Shown: one piece after another, positions 44,710 through 54,476 of the stretch
Numbering within the stretch: position 1 is the stretch's first letter
How the letters are laid out: every line of letters starts with the position of its first letter
Source of the DNA: Cyanophora paradoxa CCMP329
Lineage: Eukaryota > Plantae > Glaucophyta
DNA length: 64,000 bases
NCBI GenBank assembly: GCA_004431415.1
Contig: QPMI01000280.1
Span: 1,323 to 65,322 of the forward strand
Direction of reading: 5' to 3'
Notes under the pieces: model-generated
Told to the model about the DNA's origin: nothing
Database searches by the model: none
The model's input: the letters and a program-made list of their open reading frames with translations, nothing else
Program-made: the position numbers and the translations under genes

Positions 44710-45456
44710 ATGGCTCGTAAGACACAACCCAAGAATTTCTTAGCAAAACCCGTCGAACAAGCGGAACCGGAACGGAAGCATTACAAGAAATCGAAAGGAA
44801 CCGCAGCGTTTGGAACCGCTGATATCGAAAAGAATATTAATAATATGATTAATTCCCATGCTGTGGCGCCAGTAGACGACATTAACGATGGTAACGCCCT
44901 TGTTGAGCAAGTGCCGCTAAATCGTATGCCCGGTGCAAAGCGTGGGATCAAAAAGGGGCAGTTCAACAGTTCCACCGTTGATGCCGTTAACAAGAAGTCT
45001 ACTCTTCTTAAACTTCTCGATGGCGGTGAACGTCTGTATTCCACGTATTCGGAAAAAGACCACCGTAACCGTTACTTTATCAGAGCAACCACTGGTGGAC
45101 TGAAAACGATCACATACAAACACGCTAAAAGTCTCATTGAGGGAATCGCTGATGAGACACAAAAAGAGAAGAAGATAACAGAGCAACCGATAACCAAAGA
45201 GAAGGTAGACAAGAAACCAAATGTTACGTTTGATGTCCTACCGGATCCGATCAAAGAGGAGAAACACACACCGACGGAATTAATCGCTAAGACGATCGAT
45301 TACCAAGAATCCAATAAAACGGATTTACCAGTGCTTAACAAATCAATCCTCCGGGTTGCTACATCGCAATCCGACCCGCTTAACTCCATTCCAAATGCAG
45401 CGCCGATGCTTTCCGGATTCGCTAAATTGGGTCTCCGCCCAGGCTATCGCCGTTAA
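44710..45456 (+). CDS. Conserved basic viral protein of unknown function (possible virion core protein)
   Basis: ATG at 44710 (MARKTQPK...); the C-terminal part is strongly conserved with 15716-16172. Confidence 0.8.
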   Translation: MARKTQPKNFLAKPVEQAEPERKHYKKSKGTAAFGTADIEKNINNMINSHAVAPVDDINDGNALVEQVPLNRMPGAKRGIKKGQFNSSTVDAVNKKSTLLKLLDGGERLYSTYSEKDHRNRYFIRATTGGLKTITYKHAKSLIEGIADETQKEKKITEQPITKEKVDKKPNVTFDVLPDPIKEEKHTPTELIAKTIDYQESNKTDLPVLNKSILRVATSQSDPLNSIPNAAPMLSGFAKLGLRPGYRR

Positions 45457-45535
45457 GCGACGGCTCACGCATCATTCTCACGTTAAAATTTTCTTTTCAA
45501 AGAATAGCGCAATACCCTCCATTCCGAAAGTTTGC

Positions 45536-45710
45536 GCTCACGTTTACTTATTTTTATAAGTGGCGTTGTAGGAAAGTTGTGAAACATTCTATGTTTTTCA
45601 CTTTTTAATCACCTTTTCTACGGGGTTCATTCGTAGAATCGAGGAAGCGAAGACGGCACGCAAGCGAGCCTTAGCGATGCTCTTTCGGCTTATTTTTCCG
45701 GCATCTTCTT
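45536..45710 (+). other. Conserved non-coding viral segment with a hairpin (candidate ncRNA or cis-element)
   Basis: Blocks GCTCACGTTTACT, GTGGCGTTGTAG, TTCTACGGGGTTCATTCGT and TTATTTTTCCGGCATCTTCTT are shared with copy 1 (reverse complement of ~15453-15612); no shared ORF found. Confidence 0.55.
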
Positions 45711-45831
45711 ATTATCGATGCGCAGCGCTCCAATGCATAGGGGCAAAAAATGACAGCTTTTTAAAGCGGTCTTATATCAAAGAAGAAAACCACTTAAAGA
45801 TTTCTTGCTATATAGTAACAGTGATATACCA

Positions 45832-46048
45832 ATGACGACCAGCGCAGCCCAGAAGCGTGCGAATGCGAATTACCGGGCGACCGGTAAAGGTAAAATTGCC
45901 CTCCAAAAGAATAAGGACAAAATGCTATCGGTCGTTAAAGATCGTTCAAGCAAGCCACCGGGCATATTCCAATAATGCGATTTGTTTCGTGAAGTTCTTG
46001 ATTGGCGTTCCCTACAATAATGTGGGTCGCCCATCGAAATATATCTAA
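45832..46048 (+). pseudogene. Small basic viral protein, frameshifted homologue of 15096-15350
   Basis: The N-terminus (MTTSAAQKRANANYR) and C-terminus (NAICFVKFLIGVPYNNVGRPSKYI) lie in different frames. Confidence 0.75.
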
Positions 46049-48679
46049 GTCTTTTTTCTCAGCGCGCTTGCTCTGAGAAGACAAAACCGCGGTAAACGCG
46101 CTAAACACCATAAATACACCTTTGAGTTATTTTTAGGTCTCCATGCGTCTCGCTAAGCAAGCCTTGCGCCAGCGCTGATGGAGCCGCTACTTTTGTTATT
46201 TTTACATAACCCTCAAAATTCGCGATAATTGATTTTGTGGGTCGCCAAAAAATGACGTCAAGGTGAAAAAATGATTTAAGGATAATTTTCTTTGAATATA
46301 TTAAGAACGCCTAAGGATGCCTCGCGCTGTAAGTTATCGGAATGCTAAGATTCGTAAAGAAATTAGAGCGGTAAATGATTATGGATACGCGAGTGGGTTT
46401 CTGACTGAGGAACAGTATGATGCTTTCAATTACTTTGCCTTTCAGAAAAGACCAAGGGGGAATGGATTGAATGATATCTTATATTCGATTAACGATATCA
46501 TCGCACGCGGTGAAGCTCGACAGAATGCGGAAGACGAAATACGTCGTCTCGGGGCTATTGATGTCCCACAGGAACTTGTGAATCAGCGACCGGAGAGAAA
46601 CACGCAGTCTCACATGACCCGGTTCAATCGCATGATGAAGATTATCAGCGACAGTATCGAAAATTCAAACAGTGAAACGTTTTCGGTGATGTTTCTTCTC
46701 TATCGGGAAGTTACCGATGAAAACGAAAGAATACCCGAACGTCGTCGAATACCCGAAAGAGGGCGGTAAACGCTACTATACGCCAATGAAAGGGAGAAAG
46801 GATGAATCACTACATGGGATTACTTGCAATAAAGCCACACTCATTAGATCTCTTGCACTCTCAAAAGACATTTTCCGAAAGAAGCCATGTATCCGTGAGT
46901 ATGACATTAACGAATTCATCCTTATTAATTTGGAATCCGGACGTAATCAGGATCTAACATACCTTCGACATATATATAGTGATCAATACCCTTCCGTCTT
47001 AACAATCGAAAAGATCATACCAGACGGTCAAGCGAACATTATCCCGAAGGTGAATCAAATTCTACGCGAATACCAAGCCCCCATGATTTCATTCAAATAT
47101 CTCGGTTATGAAATCCCGACAAATGCTAAATCATTTGCAGAACTATTCGATAGAGACGGTATATATCAGTATCGTATTAAGGCGTGCGTTTTCGATGCGC
47201 TTGTTCTTGTTTTCGCTTCCGCTTTTGAGAAGGCAAAAAAACAAGGTCGTTATGGTTCTGTCCGTTGGGATCATGCCTATTTGTTTAAAATGGTGCATGG
47301 AAGAGATCCCGTGGATGGTGATGATTGGGGGTTATCATTAAACCAAATGATCGATAAGATATTGAAGCCTTACCGCATTTCGCTTGTCGTTGTTGACGAA
47401 ATGGACAAGATCGACCACGATTTATCTTATATTCCGATGGATTCTGAGGGAAAGCGAATAAGAAACAAGCGACTGTGTCCTTCCACTATGTATGTGAAGA
47501 TTCAAAATGGACACATGTATTTGCTGAATAAGAAGGTGGAAAGTCTCATACAGTCTTTCAATGGAACTAAACCGGTTGAAAAGAAACGCCCACTTTCTTG
47601 CAGATACAAGATTAACAAGAAGTTCAATCATAGCTATTTCGCACGCAATCCTGATGATATCGCGGTAATCCTCCATTCGAAGGCAGTCGAAGATAAGACA
47701 CTTATTCGTATCATGTATGGCGGCGAAGGTGGGCTTAATGCATTATACGCGTATTTCGTGGCGGTTCATAACTACATCCCCGATGCGAAGGTTTCCCTTC
47801 TAAGATCCGTTCAAGACATCAAATTTAAATACGGCGAAAAGGATGTATTGATAGTAGGGGTTTGCTCTGATGTGGATGTAGAAACGGCTTATAACATTCA
47901 GTTTGATAACGAAGAGCAACGCGACACGTTTTCGAAGTATAACCACAAATTCCGGTTATCTTTGATCAATTCCCAGCATAAGAGCTGTTACAATGAGAAC
48001 ACGCGAAATGCTTTCATCATTGGTTCCCAAAGTGCATTAATCGGACGCTTTGAGGATTCAGCAGAGATCGCGAAAGATTTAGCGGATGGTGTCCTAAAAG
48101 TAATCGAACATGACGCCATTAAATCTTACCCTTCTCATCTTAACAGTCTCGAAGAATTCCCAGTATTTAGCGAATTCGACGATTTCAAGCAGGTAACCGT
48201 GAATTCATCGGACGAAGTCGAACCTTACAGTTTCTACTATCTGACACTGAAAAAGGGAACCTACAAGATCAAGAAAGACACGAAAGGCAAAGAATACATT
48301 TCATATCAGTTTCCCAAGGTGAAACGTATTCTCGTAGATTCCCCATGTAATCTTCTACCCGGCTTTGTTCTAAAAGAGCATTTCGAAGATCTGAAAGACA
48401 TCGTGGACATTAAAAGCGTTCTCAGACCATAACGACCTGTCAAGAACAACGTTAAACACATGATTAAACAGATCTTAGAAAGCAATTCTTGTAAGAAGCA
48501 GATTCTTGTAAGTGTTATTCTTGTAAGTGTTATTGGAATGCTCGGTAAACAGAAAAACCAAAAGTTCAGAACTAAGACATTCTTTAACAAATCCGACGCT
48601 TATGATTACGCTAAGAAGCATGGCGGGGAGGTGAAGTTACTTTATTTGGGTAAGCAGGAACAGACCGAGGAGTTCTACG

Positions 48680-51600
48680 GTTTTTTTGGAAAGTCTGCTC
48701 CATTCGTACACACATGACAGCAGTCCCCCGCTCCGCGCCTACCGGATACTGGGAAAGCCAAGCTACACTGAGGAAAAGGGCGAGCTCGGTTCTATAGCTT
48801 GTTGTCGTAGTCGAGCTGATGCTGAAGCTGTAGCCGTCAGGTCGCCCCCAACACATAATATGCGCCGGTCCTCAAGTAGGAGGCGTAGGCATGCTGAGCT
48901 ACACGGTCCTAGATGCCCTCTTGCTGGTTCTAAAACATGGCCGCGGGTCGCTCGTGAAGGGGGGAGTTGAGAGAGGAGGTGGGGAGGGAGAGATGGGAGG
49001 GTAGGTTCAGGTTGTTGCGCTGGGTCTTGGATCGCGCCGCCCAAGTCCACGGGTGCGGCGGGGTGTTGGGAGCAGGGCGTCGCTGGCCGAACGTGAGGAG
49101 CCGAAGCTCCTAAACCTCGGCCTTACGGGCCCGCTGGGCCCTGCCGACGCCGCGTTCGAGTCTCCTCCAGCTGGGCCTCCTCCCGCTCCCGTCGCCGCCG
49201 TGGGGTCCTGAGCGGGCGCGTCCTTACCTATGCGCGCACCCTCGTCCTAGCCCGCCCCCCCCCCACTCCGAACCCCCCCCCCCCCTCTTCCTATCTATAT
49301 TGCAGGAGGACGAAGGCAAAAAACTTCCAAAAAGGCCTTCGCGTTCACATTAGGGGCTGAGCCCGGGGAGGAGAACATCAGTTCCAGGCTAGGGGCACAA
49401 CCCCATGAAATCTACTGTTGTAGACGTGAAAGTTCATTCGACTGAAAGAAAAGATTGTCCAAAGAAAGGAAGGATAGCTAGAGAAAGGGTCTCCTGCACA
49501 GGAGAGGAAAGGAGCTAGCTGCTCGATAGCTCCGGGCGGCCGTGAGCCGGAGCCTCCCGCCTTCGAGGCTACGCTGCCTGGTTGAGGTAGCGTTTGGCCG
49601 CCTTGTTGGCGGCGATCTCCGCGGCCTTCTGGGCGAGCCGGCGCTTGCTCTCGCGGCCGGTCTGCTGGCGCGGGGCTGGCGGGGCCGGCATCATGCCGGC
49701 GGCAGCGGCGGCGGCGGCGGCTTCGCGCTCAGCCGCACGGCGCTCGTTGCGACGCATCTGCGGGCAGCGGGGTCGGTCATTCCGAAGGAGACGGGCGGGC
49801 GCGCTGGGCTCGCCTCGGACGGAGACTGGTGCCGGTGGACCGGGCGTTGCATGTCGAGGAGGCTGAAGCGGCGGACCGCGCTGCTCGTGGTGCTGACGGA
49901 GGCGGCGGACACGACGGAGGCGCGGTCGTCGTCGTCGCTGTCGGTGTCAGCGTCGGCGTTGACGGCGGCGCGCGTGCGCGCAAGGTCCGTCCGGAAGGTG
50001 TCAGTGGCGGAGCGCGCGGCGGCCGCCCGAGCCGCTTCGGCGGCCGCTTTCGCCACCGCGGAGCCCACGGGCGCGCCGCAGACACGCACTGCCTTGGCGG
50101 CCGCGTAGTCGGCGGTCTTTTTGATGAAGTCGTCTTGCGCCTTGGGGCACTTCCCGGTTCGCCCAGGGGTGGCCGTACGGGTCGTCCATGATGCAGCACG
50201 CCTGTAACGGAGTGAGTGTGCGCGAGTTCGCGACGCATAGACGCGGCGGGGCGTCGCGCGTACCGAGGTACAGATGATGCCGAGAGGCTCGCCGGCGGGC
50301 GCCGGAATGAGACGGAAGCGGATGTCGAGCGGGTTGAGGCCGCCGACACGCCAGCGAGGCCGGGAGTTGCCCAGCGGGTGCGCAGCAAAGAAAGAAGAGT
50401 TGACGTAGCGCTCGAAGTCCGGGTTGCGGAGGACGAGGCGGAGGGCGAAGGGCGCCTGCGAGGTCGATTCGACGTAGAAGATCTCCCAGTGGTGGATGTT
50501 CTCCACGCCACAGTGGCGGAGAAAGTGCACGACCTGGGGGCGCGCCCGTCAGGCGTCGGCGTGGGTGCACGCGTACGCGGGCACGTGGGGCGGTGCGCGC
50601 ACCAGCGAGCCGTCCGGGCGGCGGCCCTTGGGGGCGGTCATTAGCAGCACGATGGCGTCCTTGGGGTACTCGCTGAGCGGGAACCGTTGTTCCCCGGTCG
50701 CCGTTACGTCACGGATGCAGACCTGATGCTCGCTTTCAAGGATCGCGTAGTCCTTCGACATTGCCAGGAGCACGTCCGCGTACTGCCCGAACAGATTCTC
50801 GTCAGCTTAAGAGACCGGGTGCGAGGTGTGGGCGCCATCAGGTGCGCACCTTGCGAGGCATGGCAGCGAAGAGGACGGGGCGGGCGTTGAGCCGCTCCTG
50901 GCGGTCTTGCGCGAAAGTCGAGGCCTCGTATCCGATGCCGAGGATCGCGTTCTGGACCTCCACCGGGTCCGGACGCGGGAGCTTCGCGGAGGTGAAGGCG
51001 TTGACGATGAACGACGTCACCTTTTCCTTGCACTCCTCATGGCGGATGTGCGTGTGCTGGTCCGTTTTCTTCTCGCCGCGGCCGTCTGCAAGAGAGGGGC
51101 GACGGCAGGGTAAGGCACGTGCGCGCAGGGCTCCGCAGCGCGGCGGGGCGTACAGAGAGGCGGCATGCCGTGGAACGCGAGTGTCGGGTTCTCGCGGTCC
51201 TCGATGAGAATAGTGGACTCGAAGTGAATCCTGAGCAAGGGTGGAGTGAGAGGCGGTGAGCGCGCGCACGGGTGCGAGCACGTGCACCGGTCATTGTTGA
51301 GGTCCCGAATGTCGAGCTCTCGCAGCTCCTCTATCGTCTTGTAAACGGCGGCCTTGTCGTCGAGCTGCCGCACGCAGAAGGCGAAGGTGTTGGACACCGG
51401 GTAGTTCTCCGTGACCACGACCTTGCTGGCAAGGCCGTGTAGCTTGAGCTGTTGCTCGAGGTGAAGCATGATCTCCCGCTTGGACGGGTCGCGGTTCTGG
51501 AAGTTGCAGCCGGGAATGAAAGGCTTGCACGCTTCCTTGTAGGCGAACAGTGCCGCATTGTAGGACTGGAGTCGGGACTCGGCTGTCTTGCCGTAGGGAA

Positions 51601-51951
51601 CAACTTCGGTGTAGCCGGCCTGTGCCGACGAGTTCGCCGGGTTTATCGGAGCTGGTAGTCCCGACGGCGGGGCCGGTCCATCGGTCATCATTTCGTCCGA
51701 GCTCGAGGAGCGCGAGTTCGTCGATGAGGAAGCAGGGCGAGGTGTCTGTCCGGGCACGCCTGGCTTGACGCCCAGCGAGCCGATGCCGGGAATCTGGGGA
51801 AAGTGTCGGCCGACCGTCGCAGCGGGCACCGCCGCGGTCCGGCACGCACCAGAGATGCAGTGGACATCGGGAGAGGCTCTGACGAGCAGCAGGGACGCCT
51901 ATGCGGCGCGACGACCTTGCGGTCGTGAACTTTCCGGGTACCGGAAAGTCC
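48680..51951 (-). mobile_element. 3.27-kb insertion with a 19-bp TSD and short poly(A); non-autonomous non-LTR-like element encoding one protein
   Basis: cagaccgaggagttctacg at 48661-48679 and 51952-51970; T7 at 48681-48687 (A-tail on the - strand). Removal restores ...QTEEFY-DEYEDPQ of the viral gene. Confidence 0.88.
49569..51867 (-). CDS. Seven-intron gene (~620 aa) for a putative ORF1p/gag-like nucleic-acid-binding protein; one 1-nt frameshift near 50166
   Basis: Introns at 51794-51849, 51231-51287, 51086-51153, 50783-50849, 50534-50602, 50202-50263 (GT-AG) and 49758-49813 (GC-AG) join the track ORFs in frame. Splicing creates a Cys/His knuckle CTSACC...H...C. The product call is tentative. 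Confidence 0.7.
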
Positions 51952-53747
51952 CAGACCGAGGAGTTCTACGACGAATACGAAGACCCACAGGTAATGTGTG
52001 ATGAGTTGGACATTAAGGTTCCGCACGTGTGGTATGTTATCAAAGTTGAGGATAAGTTACTTATCGATGGGTTCCTTCCAATTCAGTGTATGATTTATTC
52101 CATGCAGCGCATGCGTCTTTACGAAAAGTGCAAGGAATTAAAGGGGATTGTTGGAGCTATTAAGGTTGATGCGGTCTACGAACTAATCGATGAAGGCGAA
52201 AAAGTCGATTACATCACGCTCGACCGAACCAAATATGAGAATATTGGAAAGTTCACCAGCAAGCCCATTAATTCCAAGGATTACCACAAAAAGGTGTATC
52301 AGAACAAAGGGAAGAACTCAAACGGTAACATCCGATTTTGCAAGCCTGAGAGAATGAAGGATTTCGTCCAAACGCACACATGGGAATGCAAAACTTACAC
52401 TGTTGCGGATGAATTTAGCACCCAGTCCATCTGTGATTTGATGCATAACGGTAAGAATCGGATCGTGAAGGCTCTTTATCCGGGAGGCGGAAAATCGACC
52501 GCTTGTTTCGCAGTGACCAAAGCATTTCTCAAAAACCCCGCGTTCATTGTTCCTTTCAATAAGCGTGTTAAGGAATTGAAGACTGAAAATGGGTTTACGA
52601 ATGTGTTCACCATTCATGATGCTTTCAATCTCAGGGTAGATAACAACGATATGGACGATGTCGTAGGTATTAATGTGCGGAAGTTAGAGGCTCACGATTG
52701 TTTCGTAATTGATGAAGGGTATCAGTGGACTATTCCGCAACTTGCCGCGCTTAAACATGTTATGACGGTTGCGTCCCCGGAGAAGACATATATAATCAAT
52801 GGTGACCCTACACAGAATCCACCTATTCAGTTCCTAAGCGTGGATCGAACAGCTCTTTTCGTGTAAGTTGGAACTTCTAATAGACAAGCGCCATGTTTTG
52901 CCGGAGGATCGGGAAATGATCAAGGAGATGAAGAAAGACCTTATCGAAGGTGATATGGAGGTTTCCGCGATGATTCAGAAATATAAGTTTCAAGTTGTTC
53001 ACCCCGACGAATTGCAACCGGGCGATAAGATTATTACTTACACGAACCGGAAAGCCGCACAGATGAATGCTTTCATACACCGTAAAAAAATGGTAAAGAT
53101 GCTCCGACTCATTTCAAAGGTCTCGAAATCGTCGCAAGGCATCGAATCACCAAAGGGAAGACGGTAGACGGTGAGCGCGTTATGATCCATAATGGATTCT
53201 CGTATATTATCGAAAAGATCGACGAAACCACACTTACGATTTCGGATTACGCGGATCGAAACATAGTAATCACGCTTCCCTATGATTGCATTCAGAGCTT
53301 CTCGTTTCCGCATGCTAATACCTGTCACGTTGCGCAAGGCGACACCATTAAAAATTCTCGTGTTGCGATCTGTGAAACGAGTTCTCCTTACGTTAATAAA
53401 TATTGGTTTTGGGTAGCCATTACACGAACGCCGTATTTAAAAGACACGGTTATTTGCGTGGATGAAAGCGAAATATTCAATATGGGTGCGTTCAAAACCC
53501 GAATGCATCGATCTATTCAGGGATACAAGCAACAAGACCAGAAGGCAGAGCGACCTTATGATGAATCCCAGTATGTTACATACGAATGGATCAAGCAAAG
53601 GATGGGTAAACAATTTGGGTTCTGTTCAAGATGCTACCAAATCATGGATCTCGAAGAAGTTTCGGTAGATCGTGAAAATAACGCAGTCGCTCATGTGATA
53701 GGGAATATTTCCCTCTCTCATATTAGTTGTAACTGTGCCGCGCAGTA

Positions 53748-54476
53748 ATGGATACCGTCTTATCTTACAAGAAATACCGGCAGAAGTTGATAAATGAAGG
53801 TGTGAGTTTTGATGAAGCGAAATTAAAACAGCAGTTTGCAAATTCGGAATTACAACAAATTTTTAAAAAACCCCAGAAACCTTAAACGTTTTTAAGTATC
53901 GTAGCTAATCCCCGTTCATTCCAAGTAGATATTATGTTTTTTAGAGGATTCCAAACAGCAAACAGAGGAATGGGAGAGGCGCTTACGTTTATTGAAATTC
54001 TTAGTCGAAAAGCGTTTGTTTATCCTTTTAAAGACTCTTCCGAAATTCGCGATATATTAGATAGATTCAAACGGGATGCGGGAAGAGTTGTAGGATTGGC
54101 GGGAGATAATGAGTTTAGCAATGCAGTTTATCGGGAATGGTGCAGTGCGAATGGCGTAGAACTTTACACAGATGTAGCAAAAGACGACCATGTAACAGTT
54201 GGTAATAAGTTAGGTATCATAGATAGATTCACAAGGACTTTTAAGCAATATCTGAGAAAGGCGATGGTTGCAAAAAGGGACAAGTAAATGGCTCGATTTA
54301 GTAGGCGATGTTTTAAACACTTATAATACATCTCCTCATTCTTCTTTGAAGAACGACACACCAAACAACGTATACAGTAATGACCAAAAACAATTATACA
54401 TTTACCTACGTGACAAAGTGCATAATGAAAGATTGACACAGAAAGAAGTGGGAGACGTCAAACCGGGCGATACAGT
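53748..54476 (+). pseudogene. rve integrase of viral copy 2, two in-frame stops, 3'-truncated by SatA
   Basis: MDTVLSYKKYRQKL...FQVDIMFF...LAGDNEFS...LGIIDRFTRTFK...YNTSPHSSL...VKPGDTVR, then satellite. Confidence 0.9.

Larger units (their letters stand above)
46317..53748 (+). pseudogene. Disrupted polymerase-SF1 helicase-HNH fusion gene of viral copy 2
   Basis: Pieces 46317-46769, 46717-48432, 48433-48679, 51971-52866, 52868-53167 and 53182-53748 align with 10757-14860 (MPRAVS, NGHMYLL, HDAIKSYP, KVDAVY, PGGGKST, GDPTQNPP, CNCAAQ). Contains frameshifts, stops and a 3.27-kb insertion. Confidence 0.9.
30887..54476 (+). mobile_element. Polinton-like virus copy 2 (decayed), carrying nested Helitron and retro-like insertions; integrase end replaced by SatA
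   Basis: Begins AGCTGAGCT inside the gypsy integrase. Contains an ATPase remnant, a penton-like gene, and homologues of all four copy-1 genes in the same order. Confidence 0.88.

Noticed and set aside
45560-45700. Pol III (VA-RNA/tRNA-like) gene from A-box-like TGGCGTTGTAG and B-box-like GGTTCATTC
   Set aside because: The B box is imperfect, and T5 runs between the boxes in copy 2 would terminate Pol III. Kept only as a conserved non-coding element.
51901-52866. Track ORFs 51901-52866, 48460-48717, 15716-16225, 54268-54654 and 29860-30984 as complete genes
   Set aside because: Each is a chimera reading across an insertion or satellite junction.
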